From Octopus sinensis (lineage: Eukaryota), in NCBI RefSeq assembly GCF_006345805.1, contig NW_021835954.1:62001-126000 (forward strand): a stretch of 64,000 nucleotides of DNA. The letters run 5' to 3'. The notes beneath the pieces were generated by a model. That model saw only the letters and a program-made list of their open reading frames with translations. It made no database searches and was not told the DNA's origin. The position numbers were made by a program, and so were the translations under genes. Shown here in pieces: positions 1 to 11,492 of the stretch; position 1 is the first letter of the stretch, and each line of letters opens with the position of its first letter.

Positions 1-182
1 TAAGTTGAGAAGATCCTGTGGGGTCGAATGGCTCTAATGTTGAAGAACATCGAGAGAGAACCAATTCCACGTGAGTTATTGTTTCATTAAGGGGTTGGCA
101 ACTTACATTGAACACCAAATTCTGCAGTGTAGATTTTTCTGTTGGGGGATAAAAAAAATGGACAAAGATTAATAATCATTAA

Positions 183-606
183 CATCATCATCATCATCAT
201 TTAACGTCCGCTTTCCATGCTAGCATGGGTTGGACGATTTGACTGAGGTCTGGCGAACCAGACTCCAATCTGATCTGGCAGAGTTTCTACAGCTGGATGC
301 CCTCCGTAACACCAACCACTCCGAGAGTGTAGTGGGTGCTTTTATGTGCCACTGGCACGGGGGCCAGTTTAGTGGTACTGGCAATGGCCATGCCCAAATG
401 GTGCTTTTTATGTGCCACCTGCACAGGAGCCAGTCCAGCGGCACTGGCGACGACCTCGCTCAAATGTTTCACATGCCACCAGCACAAATGCTAGGAAAGC
501 GACGCGGTAACGATCACACTCGGATGGTGTGCTTAACATGCCATCGGCACGAAGGCCAGCTTGTTGCTCTGGCAACGATCTCACTCGTATGGTACTCTTA
601 GCGCAC
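183..606 (-). mobile_element. 5'-truncated RTE LINE 3' UTR copy (GAT-tailed, subfamily 2)
   Basis: Reverse complement of ...AACCCATGCTAGCATGGAAAGCGGACGTTAAA(TGA)n with upstream tandem units; matches the 3' UTR of the LINE at 28250-30817. Confidence 0.85.
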
Positions 607-3539
607 TTTTCCATACTTGGAAGGGCAGGATGAAGTTTATTGAAGCAGTCTCTGGCTTGATGCCCCTCCTGCCCTCTTGTTGTCAACCCTCACCTGTTTG
701 CAAACAAGGCAATATTTCTCCATGGCCTGACATGATTTCACAGAATATTAAAAACGGATAACACTGAGCCTTACAAAGGAGATGAAAAAGGACCAAGATA
801 TCTGGCACCTTGCTGTACTCAGGAAGACCTGGCCACCACAGCAGAATTGATACTGGTGTTGGCTCCACATAAAAAGTTCTCATGTTTGTACCACATTAAC
901 CTTTAGCACACTGTAGGTCCATCATGTCACTAAATGAGTTTTCTCCCTTGTAGTAAGAGGACATAACTACACAACCATGCTGGCACCAATTCATGAATAA
1001 AAATTATGAGGAAGAATTCTGTAAATTCTTTTAATCATATAGACAATAGAATGGCAATCAGAAGTAGAACACATCTATAGGATGTATGTGTTGGCATCAT
1101 TGGCCAAATATACTTTCTACATACAAAGAAAATTAACTGTCAACAGAAATTCTCATATCATGCCTTAATCTAAATGATTTAACTGGTGCACAGGAGATTA
1201 TAATTAAAATAATATGATGACATGTTTTGCAATTAATATTTATCTCTTATTTTAATCAATTTTGTCTCTTATTGCATAATATGAGAAGAACTGTATCAGA
1301 AAATGTTAGATATGATAGAATATTCTAATGTAACATGCACCTCTCTATAATTTGGCTTTACTTTAAAGATCCATTTTCCTTAAAAGGTCTCCTTAAAAGG
1401 TCCATTCTCATTTGCTGTTTCTAAGTCCACTTAATCTCTCTACTGTGGAAACAGCTGAAAATTAGAATTTAATCACAAGAAAGCAAAGCAGGAAATAAAT
1501 GCCTTCTTGTATTTGTGAGGGTCTGAATTCTAATTCAAAATGCGGAATGCATTGTGGTTATTATTGGTGGGCATTTCAAATTATGCCTGTCTCTCTTACA
1601 AATACTTACTCTTTATTTGGTTACTTGCTGCACCACATATCAGGCCACATTGGATATTTCCAGTAGCATATCAATTTTCCCTACAAGAAGGGTTAGGGTT
1701 AGCTGCTCACTCAACCTTTCTCCATAATTATAGAAAGAAATGCTTTGAGCATTCCCTGCGATATATGTCTATATATATCAAACAGAAGCCAATTTTGTGC
1801 AGTGGTATATTATCCATGTGTTTTTATATTTGATCCAGCATGAACTTCATTTTAGATATTTACATGGACTTGAGTCCCCTATCCAAATTTTTTTATGAGA
1901 ATAAATAACAACGAAAGCTTAATATGATTAAATCACATTGGATCTTAGCAGTCATGTTTTCAGCTCATTGCTAACACAATGTCCTACTCAAACCAATTCT
2001 AACAAACATATTTTGGAAAATGTGTTTAATTTATTTGTATTGTTCTTCTTTTAAACATTTTATTTCTTAGAAAAACCACAGCCCTTCTAAACACCCAGTG
2101 ACCCCGCCCCCCCTTATGTTCACCTTGTGATCTGACAATGACCACAAGGTGGTGTTACTGCTCCTTAGGTTAAGAAGTTCTGTGTTAGAGCGACAGATGA
2201 GATGCTGTGTTGTTTCTGTGTCAGCTCCACGATGGCCGCTGACAGCATCTGGGATAATACCGGTGCCGAGTTGTATCAGCATTTGGCTTTCCATTGAGAA
2301 ACAAATAAGTCATAGAAATAAGATACTATCAAACACGGGCATCTGTTAGTATTCTCCCAAAAGCCTCCTTACCCAGATCTAAGTTATGTTGAGGAAATTT
2401 TCAGCTGCAGATCTTGGGTTTCATTGGGCATTTGGAGCCTCCTTCCCTAGATAGTTACTCTTAAAAGACGAGATGGTCACAGCTGGACTGCCTTTGATCA
2501 TAGGTCTGTTCCATCAAGGTTGACCCGAGGAAAAACAACAGCACTCATGTCTGTGAAAGGAAATAAACAAGAAAATTAATTAAAAGTGTTGTTGTTTAGT
2601 TAATGATTTCTGAGGTTGATAACTTTATATTTGCTGCATCAAAGAAAACCCTTGGTCAGTCTTCCTTAGTGCTGCTCATTCAACACAACCTGCTTTCAAC
2701 GGAGTATTTGATTATATTGACGATTGGCTTGAAAGAAACCTGTGATATTCCAATTTATGTATATTTTCCCAATTGATTACATTCATTAAATAAAGATTTC
2801 TTCTTTCTTCTTTTTTTCTATAATTCAGGTCTTGTCGCTAATGATAGCAATAGATTTTTTTCTCTCTCTCTCTCAAAGCTATTTTTTTGTTCTCAATTCA
2901 CCTCGTTAATTAGTCGAAACGAGAAGTTGTGAGGATAAGTATTGATTACACAATCTGGCCAAATGTTCTGAGCTCAAATCTGCAGCTGAAACCTTATTGT
3001 ACATAAAAGCTCGATACATTTGCTGTTTGGAAATATGAATGTTGCCAGCAATAGACTATCGGTGTGTCCAAGGGAGAATAATTTCTCATCTGGATGGATG
3101 AAAGGCAAAAGGACAAAGTCTTTCTGCACCGTAGATAAGCTGGTGCATTCTTTGGAATAATCATATTAACTTCTTATTTAATTTTAAGAGAACCTTTAAT
3201 AGAATCTGATGACTACAATAATAAAGATCATGATACTTTTCATCCTCAATCCTTTCAATTAACTGTGTATGATCCAGTGAAGAAGACTTGGTGGTCACAG
3301 CTTACTCAATAGATTTTCTCAGTCAATGCTAACTTCGTTTCTAAACAACTGTCATCAATAAAAATCAATTCCGCTATGAGAAAGGATAATTCTGCTGAGG
3401 TATTGATAAATGTATATCCTGTTTGAAAGTTATCATAGACTTATGAAGCCAGATGAGAATGATAAAATAGATTTATTTTTATTAAGTCTGAGGAGATACT
3501 GAAGCCAGTTACTTTGATGAAATTGAAAGGCCTCCATTA

Positions 3540-3931
3540 TCTCTCTCTATATAAAGCTGAAGTTGTCTGTGTATGGCAGGTTTGGTAGCCTTCAACTAAC
3601 ACTATCTCCTCCGAGACCCTGTGGCACAAGTTGACTAAAATTGGTAGTATGATAGAAGAAGGCTTGCTCTTCCTTCCGTAGAAGAAACATTTCAAATCGG
3701 ACCATGTTAACACCAAAAATTATTTACATCAAAAAGTGGTTTTTTTTCTATGAAAATTCCCATTTTTTACGATTTTTTTACTGCTATGTTGCCATTTTTC
3801 AGTGTATTTCAACCAGAAAAATGTTCACTTAAAGAGAATAACAAGCTACATAATGCAAAAGTTTTACTTTTCAAAAATTCCAATTCTAAGAGGTCGAAAC
3901 AAACCCGAGCAACGCTGGGCGATACTGCTAG
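3540..3931 (+). mobile_element. Non-autonomous Helitron
   Basis: Starts A|TC (TCTCTCTCTATATAAAG), ends with hairpin CCCGAGCAACGCTGGG then CTAG|T; canonical Helitron termini and A/T target. Confidence 0.7.
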
Positions 3932-4029
3932 TATTAAATATTCATATCTTTTATCTTTTTCAACCTCATTCCTTTCAATTAACAGTGTATGATCCACTGA
4001 CTTGATGGTCACAGCTTGCTCAATATATA

Positions 4030-4177
4030 TACGATGGGCTTCTTTCAGTTTCTATCAACCAGATCCACTCACAAGGCTTTGGTTGTCTTAAGGATATGGT
4101 AGACGACACTTGCCCAGTGGGATTGAACCTAAAACCTTGTAGCTACAAAGCAAGCTTCTTACCACACAGTCATACTT
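4030..4177 (-). mobile_element. tRNA-derived SINE family B, 5' fragment
   Basis: Reverse complement of the family-B head (TGTGTGGTAAGAAGCTTGCT ... CCTTGTGAGTGGA). Confidence 0.75.
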
Positions 4178-4687
4178 CAGAATCTTTTAAACATAGTATT
4201 TTACCACCGACATACAGACCCAGTAGTTTCCAGTTCAAACAACAATATGGTCAGATATCAATACCAACCCATTATAAGTTTAGAACATTGATAAAACCAG
4301 AATTAAGCAAGGGTGCTGTAGATTATCAAGACACTTCATTTATATTGGTCTAGTCCATTCAGATGAAATGGGTACCACTCAACAAAAGCTGGAGGTTAAC
4401 CTTGCAACACACTGGTGTCCTATCCAGATAAGATGTCTTGAACTGTCAGTCACTAAAACACCTCCGAAAATGAAATAAATCCAGACTAATTAGTTTCTGG
4501 GCTCAAGACAGTTTTTAAGTTTCACTAATTATCAGGGTATTAATCAATAAAATAAAATCAACAGAACATTGTTTTAAAGCAATATCAGAAAAATGTATAT
4601 TTTAATTACTTTGTTGCTGTTTAGCCCCAGATGAATCAAACCTACGCTAATAGGTATTTCAGATGTAATTATATCATCTTTTTAAGT

Positions 4688-4885
4688 GCTGGCATAGCTG
4701 TATGGTAAAAAGCTTGCTTCTCAATCACGATGTGGCACCTTGGGCAAGTGTCTTCTATATAGACCTGGGCTGACCAAAGCCAACACCAGCTGTCAACACA
4801 AGTACAAAGACACACACATAGATATACACTTATATATTTGGTGGGTTTCTTTCAGTTTCCATCTACCAAATCCACTCACAAGGCT
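4688..4885. mobile_element. Rearranged SINE family B fragments (plus-strand head joined to minus-strand body)
   Basis: 4688-4780 matches the head in plus orientation; 4790-4885 matches the body in minus orientation. Confidence 0.6.
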
Positions 4886-4886
4886 C

Positions 4887-5009
4887 TGCCAGATCAAGAT
4901 TGGAGCCTGGTGCAGCCATCTGGTTTGCCAGCCCTCAGTCAAAATCGTCCAACCCATGCTAGCATGGAAAGCGGACATTAAACAATGATGATGATGATGA
5001 TGATGATGA
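4887..5009 (+). mobile_element. RTE LINE 3' terminal fragment (GAT tail)
   Basis: GCCAGATCAAGATTGGAGCC...CCATGCTAGCATGGAAAGCGGACATTAAAC(AATG/GAT)n. Confidence 0.85.
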
Positions 5010-5153
5010 CAACATCATCCAACATTTCTTTCTCCTTTTAAGATGACAGGGTGTGATTTGATGAGGGAAATTTGGCTGCAATTCCTAACAGGATGGGTAA
5101 CCACACACACACACATATATATAGACACACACATGCACACGTGCACGCACGCA

Positions 5154-5340
5154 TACGAGAGGGTATTAAAAAGTTCCTTGCTTTGGATAAAAGAAAATAC
5201 TAGAAGCTCAGTTAATTATGATTTTATTCAACATATTCCCCTCACAGATTCACACACTTCTTGCAGTGGTCCTTCAGTTTTTCTAAGCCCTGTAAAAGAA
5301 CTTGGAAGGTTGGGCCTTCAACCAGGCTTATCATGATACC
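5154..5340 (+). mobile_element. Mariner-type terminal fragment / MITE remnant
   Basis: Begins TACGAGAGGGTATTAAAAAGTTCC, a mariner-like TIR resembling those at 40285 and 42892. Confidence 0.45.
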
Positions 5341-5924
5341 CTTAAAGCCAGGAACTTTGCAGCAACTCCTCGAATATATATATATCGTTGCTGTTATGTT
5401 AAACAGTCATATGTCCAAATTTGGCCAAATGGATCTTTATCAATATTCAATTCTGCTTGCAATAGCCAGTTCTTTTCATGAAACTATCGTATTTGCAACT
5501 GCTTCAGATGAAAACTGTCAAAGTGTAGTACAATGGTTTAGCATTTTTCAAAAGTGTAGTAAGCCCCACATACAACAGTTTAGCTAAAATATTTCTGACT
5601 GACAATATCATACATGCATGGAGTTATGATTTTATGCACCCAACAAAGTATTATTGTTAAGCTGAAACTGTTGCTAATGTAAAAAGAAAATTTTAATATC
5701 TGGATGTTCATTCACATATACAACAACCCCTGTTGCTAACTGTGAACTATAAAATTAACTTTTTTCAGCTTATCGTACTTCGATATGGGAAAAATTCACA
5801 ACCTTCTGTGTCAATAAACCACTATTGTCTCTGAAAGTTGTTTTTTATACATTCTACAGATTGCTTGAATCTCACTAACTTCCTACACCTTGATCCTTGG
5901 ATCTTACCGTTATATATATATAAC

Positions 5925-6235
5925 ATTCAAGCGAAGTCGTTGCTAGTGCCACTGGACTGGATCCTGTGCAGGTGGCACGTAAAAAACACCATTTGAGCAT
6001 GGCTATTGCCAGTGCCATCTTACTGGCCCTCATATCGGTGGCACGTAAAAACACCCACTACACTCTCGAAGTGGTTGGCGTTAGGAAGGGCATCCAACTG
6101 TAGAAACACTGCCAGATCAAGATTGGAGCCTGGTGCAGCCATCTGGTTTGCCAGCCCTCAGTCAAATAATCCAACCCATGCTAGCATGGGAAGCAGACGT
6201 TAAACGATGATGATGATGATGATGATAATGATGAT
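5925..6235 (+). mobile_element. 5'-truncated RTE LINE 3' UTR copy
   Basis: Two tandem units, conserved core and (GAT)n tail. Confidence 0.85.
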
Positions 6236-6283
6236 ATACATACATACATATGAATATGTATATATATATGTATATATATATAA

Positions 6284-6541
6284 ATCATCATCATCATCAT
6301 CATCATTTAGCATCCGCTTTCCATGCTAGCATGGGTTGGACGGTTCAACTGGGGACTGTGAAGCTGGAAGACTGCATCAGGCCCAGTCTGATCTGGCAGT
6401 GTTTCTACGGCTGGATGCCCTTCCTAACGCCAACCACTCCGTGAGTGTAGTGGGTGCTTTTTACGTGCCACCTGCACAGGTGCCAGACGGAGCTGGCAAA
6501 CGACCACGAACGGATGGTGCTTTTACGTGCCACCGGCACAG
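6284..6541 (-). mobile_element. 5'-truncated RTE LINE 3' UTR copy
   Basis: (CAT)n tail at left, conserved core, flanked on both sides by (TA)n. Confidence 0.85.
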
Positions 6542-6544
6542 GTA

Positions 6545-6586
<42 letters not shown>

Positions 6587-6587
<1 letters not shown>

Positions 6588-6785
6588 TTTATTTAAAGCA
6601 GCAGAAAATTCAACAAAACCTGTTACTCTGAGTTTCACGTTGCCGTTCATCGGACAGTTTTTGCTAGCAACGTGAACGGCAACGTGAAAATCAGAGTAAC
6701 AGGTTTTGTTGAATTTTCTGCTGCTTTAAATAAAGCATATTACTCTACCACTGGTATTTGAGTACTCTTTTTTCCACCTTGTTTC
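6587..6785. mobile_element. Fold-back (palindromic) Penelope-type non-autonomous repeat
   Basis: Arms about 6587-6646 and 6676-6735 are near-perfect reverse complements; flanked by (TA)n; contains a hammerhead core. Confidence 0.6.
6620..6657 (-). ncRNA. Minimal type-I hammerhead ribozyme (U4C core variant)
   Basis: Minus strand CUGU-CCGAUGA-ACG(GCAA)CGU-GAA-ACU(CAG)AGU-A-ACAG; helices I, II and III all pair; GUA cleavage triplet. Confidence 0.6.
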
Positions 6786-7048
6786 ACATTTATGTGTTTA
6801 CTCCGATATATATATATATATATTTTGATGTAAAAAGGTTGAATGTAGATTCGTCCTTTAATTCGGAGGTTTCCAAAAAAGATTTCTAATATTGATTCTT
6901 TATATTTTGCTGGTAGTTTACAGGCGTAAATTTGTGAATATGAAAATAATAATTGTGTATGATGTGTGGTGAATTTATGGAAAGAAATTCCATAAAACTC
7001 AGCAATTTAGTTACAATTGGAGAAGACAAGGTGTTAAAATATATAAGA

Positions 7049-7494
7049 GAATTTTAATTGAGGCAGACGATCGTTTTGTACAGAGATATAAAAATAATGG
7101 AAATTCATGACTGAACTGAATTAAATTAAATTAATTAATTATATATCAATGTACTCTGCAGTGTAGGAAGTATAAACAAAGTTTTTACAATGAACAAGAG
7201 AAAGGAAATAGCAGGAGAATAGAATCTAGAAGATTCATATTTATCTTTATGAGAAAGAGATGTGAGTCCAGTTAGGTATTAACTATAAATTATGAATTTA
7301 CGAGATACTATTCTCCTGCTATTTCCTTTCTCTTGTTCATTGTAAAAATTTTGTTTATACTTTCTGCACTGAAGATTACATTGATATATAATTAATTAGT
7401 TTATTTAATTAATTTAATTTAATTCAATTCAATCATGAATATCCATTATTTTTATATCTCTGTACAAAATTATCGTCTGCATGAATTAAAATTC
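7049..7494. repeat. Large AT-rich fold-back element; part repeated directly at 7620-7770
   Basis: Arms about 7049-7225 and 7300-7494 are reverse complements; 6960-7110 recurs at 7620-7770. Confidence 0.65.
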
Positions 7495-7543
7495 ACCACG
7501 CATTATACACACACACACACAACACACACACACACACACACAC

Positions 7544-7588
<45 letters not shown>

Positions 7589-7769
7589 TATATATAATAT
7601 ATATATATATACACATATAATGTGTGGTGAATTTATGGAAAGAAACCCCATAAAACTCAACAATTTTGTTAAAAATGGAGAAGAAAAGATGTTAAAATAT
7701 ATAAGAGAATTTTAATTCATGGAGATGATCATTTTGTACAAAGATATAAAAATAATGCAAATTCACCAT

Positions 7770-8055
7770 GATAGATTGCTAGCCACTAAACCTTTTTTTA
7801 TTCTCTCCCTGTTTTTTTCTGTGTTCCTTTCTGTCCAAGAGCATAGGCTCGAAATGTAAAAGACTTTCTCACTTCCCAAGTTCTCCAGCTCATAGATCAC
7901 CGCCTACCACATTGTTATAAAAGGTAAGGCCAGTCATGAAAAATTAATTGTGGCACCTCAAAATGAATTAACCCTTACATGAATAAGTTTACTAATGCAT
8001 CTGTTTGTTGTTTACACACCCATCTTCGTCTTTTGTTTTTTTGTAAATTCTCATT
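7770..8055 (+). mobile_element. Degenerate hammerhead-type repeat (related to 34400-34600) interrupted by a 105-bp insert
   Basis: GAGC-ATAG-GCTC-GAAA helix II retained, but the core is decayed (CTGTCCAA); pyrimidine-rich flanks resemble the 34.5 kb copy. Confidence 0.45.
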
Positions 8056-8063
8056 ATATATAC

Positions 8064-8374
8064 AAGTAACAAGGATGTCCAGGTATTAATATATTACGGA
8101 CGTTTTGAGAAGCTCCATTTAATTGATCAATGATAATATTACATCAATTTGAAAGAAACCAGTCTCCTCAGACGTAGACGATGATATAGATTTCCAACAT
8201 AAAGGATAAACCATTGTTATGAATGGTCTATCCTTAATGTTGGAAATCTATGTGGTCGTCTACGTCTGAGGAGAGTGGTTTCTTTCAAATTGATGTAATG
8301 TTTTCATTGATTGATTAAATGGAGCTACTTGCAATGGCTGTAATGTATAGGTATCTGGACATCCTTGTTACTTA
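8064..8374. mobile_element. Fold-back Penelope-type repeat with a decayed hammerhead in each arm
   Basis: About 150-bp arms are reverse complements; both carry CTGAGGA-GAG/GAC...(G)AAACGGCCGTA-like remnants; tail GGACATCCTTGTTACTT resembles the 24.3/51 kb family. Confidence 0.6.
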
Positions 8375-8536
8375 TTTACAATTTGTTCACCTAAATTAGA
8401 GCTGTGTGGACTATACCGAACTGGTTTGGTGTCTCAGTTCAAGTATCTAATTCAACTGAATCTTATTTTATATATATGAGTGTGTGTATGTGTGTGTGTG
8501 TATGTATATATGTGTGTGTGTGTATATATGTATATG

Positions 8537-8984
8537 TAGTCTGATCAATAAGTATCCAAACTGTTGCCATAGTAACGAAGCTAAAGCACATGTATATATT
8601 TCCCCTCACAGTTCTGCTGATTGAGGGTCTCCCAGAATGTTCATCAATATCAACATTTTTCAACCATCTTGGAAACATCTGAACCACTCGTACACTTGTG
8701 TGCGACTCATACACTCCTCTCCATACACTTTCTGTAACTTAGTGTAGGCCTCTGAACAGGTATCACCACGACAACTTACTCTGTCATGGTCAATGCAACA
8801 ATCACACACTACACACCTTCCTTCCAAGCACTGCTGTAAACGGTGGAAGTGAGCTACAATGTTAAAACCCAGTGCACATGCACAGCAAAGCTGAAGGTCA
8901 AGCTGTGCCAAGCAGCTTTACTCTGCATGTTTTAGCTTCGTTACTATGGCAACAATCCAGACACTTATTGATCAGACCTTCGGA
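8537..8984 (-). mobile_element. Internally deleted mariner (MITE-like)
   Basis: About 45-bp TIRs (GTCTGATCAATAAGT...GTTGCCATAGTAACGAAGCTAAA) at both ends; internal CSEAYTKLQKVYGEECMSRTQVYEWFRCFQDG...DEHSGRPS is a mariner HTH N-terminus. Confidence 0.85.
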
Positions 8985-8994
8985 TGTATGTGTG

Positions 8995-9027
<33 letters not shown>

Positions 9028-9042
9028 ACACACGCACACACA

Positions 9043-9830
9043 CAGAGTGTGGTGAACAAATTGTCATCTAAATTATGCAAAAATGAAAATAACACTGATA
9101 CCTCATTTTAACAGATATGTTTATCAAAATTACATAAAAATATGGAATACTAAAAAGTAAATTCATTCAATAAAACCGCCATTGGATTCAACCACGAGCC
9201 TCCAGATGACCATAATCATTGCCTTCAGTTCATCTTTGGTGTTACAAGGAGTTTTGTTGGTCTCTTGCTTAACTGCACCCCACACATAATAATGAAGGGG
9301 GTTGTAGTCTGAGGAGTTAGGTGACCAGCTGCTAGGGGTGATGTGGTTGTTGAAATTGTCTGAGAGCCATGACTGGGTCCTCCTGCTTGTGTGGCATGGT
9401 GAAGAGTCCTGTTGTCAGACATAGCATCTTCCTGCAGTCACCCTCTTGACCCAGGTCAGCACTTGATGTAGACCTCTGTGTTGAGTCTGAGGCCATAGGG
9501 GAAGATGAATGGAAATATAACGTTGCCATGATGTTGACTGGATGTTTGATTTTTATCATTCTCAGTACATGACCTCACATTGCACAATCCTCAGATTGAC
9601 ACCCAAACACTCTGAAATGTTCGTATTAGAGCTTCTGGCATGAATGCCAAGCAGTACAGCATGTTGTTTCCAAATTTCTGGCAGAGTGAATTGTGTCATG
9701 GTGTTGTTTTTCTCACAGACGGTGCCCAACTGACCCTACTATGCTTAGTAGTCAACAAAATCAAAAACAAACAATGTGCATGTGTGAAATTAAAAATATA
9801 AAATGGCAACAATTTACCCATCGCACCCAG
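9043..9830 (-). mobile_element. Internally deleted Tc1/mariner (DD37D/maT-like) transposon
   Basis: Degenerate TIRs at both ends; minus-strand frames give HAVLLGIHARSSNTNISECLGVNLR and QDSSPCHTSRRTQSWLSDNFNNHITPSSWSPNSSDYNPLHYYVWG. Confidence 0.75.
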
Positions 9831-9867
9831 TATGTGTGTGTGTGTATATACACATACATATATACAC

Positions 9868-9910
<43 letters not shown>

Positions 9911-9913
<3 letters not shown>

Positions 9914-10388
9914 TCATCATCATCATCATCATTTAGCGTCCGCTTTCCATGCTAGCATGGGTTGGACGGGTCAACTGGGGTCTGTGAAGCTGGAAGGCTT
10001 CGTCAGGCCCAGTCAGATCTGGCAGTGTTTCTACGGCTGGATGCCCTTCCTAACGCCAACCACTCCGCGAGTGTAGTGGGTGTTTTTTACGTGCCACCTG
10101 CACAGGTGCCACACAGAGCTGGCGAACGGCCATGAATGGATGGTGCTTTTACGTGTTACCGGCACGGGACCAGGCGATGCTGGCAACGGACACGAACGGA
10201 TGGTGCTTTTACGTGCCACCGACACGGGGCCAGACAGAGCTGGCAAACGGCCACGAACGGACGGTGCTTTTACGTGTCACCGGCACGGGGGCCAGGCAGA
10301 GCTGGCAAACGGCCACGAGCGAATTGTACTTTTACGTATCACTGGCACGGGTGCCAGACGAGGCTGACAGCGGACACGAACGGATGGG
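9911..10388 (-). mobile_element. 5'-truncated RTE LINE 3' UTR copy with about 5-6 tandem units
   Basis: (CAT)n tail, conserved core, repeated GGTGCTTTTACGTG units. Confidence 0.85.
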
Positions 10389-10465
10389 TCACTTAACCCC
10401 TGCTTTTTGATATATGATTTGATTTTGATTTTGATATATATATATATATATGTATGTTTATATGT

Positions 10466-10510
<45 letters not shown>

Positions 10511-11029
10511 TACATATATATATATATACATATGTATATACATTCATACATACATACATATGTGTGTGTGTATGCAGTTTTTCATAAAAACATATACATG
10601 CATACACATAACCAATGATCTTTTGAACTTTCTTGATGATAGCAAATTATTATATTTTTGTGTGTATGTCGTGTGAGAAAGAGTATAAAGGAGATATCCA
10701 CAGTTACTCTTGCTGAGAGACAGAAAACTTTACAAATAATGGCAGCCATATGAGTTTTACAAGCTGTTATTCTGATATCTCCATTGTCTAGAAAGTCTCT
10801 TGTACGTATTTATTAACTAAATAAAGGAGATACAGTACATAAAAAATACAGATATGGTCAAGTGAAATCTACTTTACTAGGTGCTAAATTATCAATAAGT
10901 AATTTGAGTGAAAAAGAAATAAAACATTTCTAGTGTGGTGTTAGTGTTGTTAAATAATTATTGAAGAAAGATAATGTCTGATAGGTTGTCTGTTATGTTC
11001 TTAATGGCCTCATAATGGTTTAGAATTTT

Positions 11030-11228
11030 GGTACAAGGCTAGAATTTCATGGGAGGGGGTACTATGTCAATTACTTCGACCCCCAGTACTCAACTCAACT
11101 TATTTTATCAACCCTGAAAGAATAGTATTCAAAGTCAGCCTCAGTAGAATTTGAACTCAGAACATAAAGTTGGATGAAATGTTTCTAAGCATCTTGCCAA
11201 GAAGCTCATGATTCTGCCAGCTCACCTC
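11030..11228 (-). mobile_element. tRNA-derived SINE family D, diverged copy
   Basis: Reverse complement of GAGCTGGCAGAA...TTCTGAGTTCAAATTC...GGTTGATAAAAT...; matches the 57828 copy. Confidence 0.65.
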
Positions 11229-11261
11229 TTTCTTGGCCACACTAATATTGGTATTAGTTCT

Positions 11262-11492
11262 TACTTCTCTATTGCCCACAAGAGGCTAAACATAGAGGGG
11301 ACAAACAAGGACAGACAGATGGATTAAGTTGATTATATCGACCCCCGGTGTGTAACTGGTACTTATTTAATCGACCCCGAAAGGATGAAAGGCAAAGTCG
11401 AACTTGGCGGAATCTGAACTCAGAATGAAGCAGCAGACGAAATACTGCCAAGCATTTCGCCCAGTGTGCTCACGTTTCTGCCAGCTCGCCAC
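11262..11492 (-). mobile_element. tRNA-derived SINE family D, near full length
   Basis: Reverse complement closely matches 57828-58060, including TTTGCCTTTCATCCTTTCGGGGTCGATTAAATAAGTACCAG. Confidence 0.8.

Noticed and set aside
1540-1833. 97-aa hydrophobic ORF
   Set aside because: No recognisable domain or splice structure; length is compatible with chance in this composition.
3206-3240. CTGATGA word (also at 62116 and other sites)
   Set aside because: No paired helix II followed by GAAA.
3306-3418. Candidate TGF-beta exon 2 (phase-1 acceptor, GYTFINTSAELSFLIAELIF, downstream GTAAGC donor)
   Set aside because: An in-frame TGA sits immediately before the donor and the similarity is limited to an AEL motif; RNA-seq could revisit it.
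5395-5485. Minus-strand peptide LLQAELNIDKD resembling the prodomain AEL motif
   Set aside because: No phase-1 acceptor gives this frame, and it is bounded by stops.
10031-10390. Repeat-spacer pattern reminiscent of a CRISPR array
   Set aside because: The units are the tandem hairpins of an RTE LINE 3' UTR, the spacers are homologous to each other, the context is eukaryotic and there are no cas genes.
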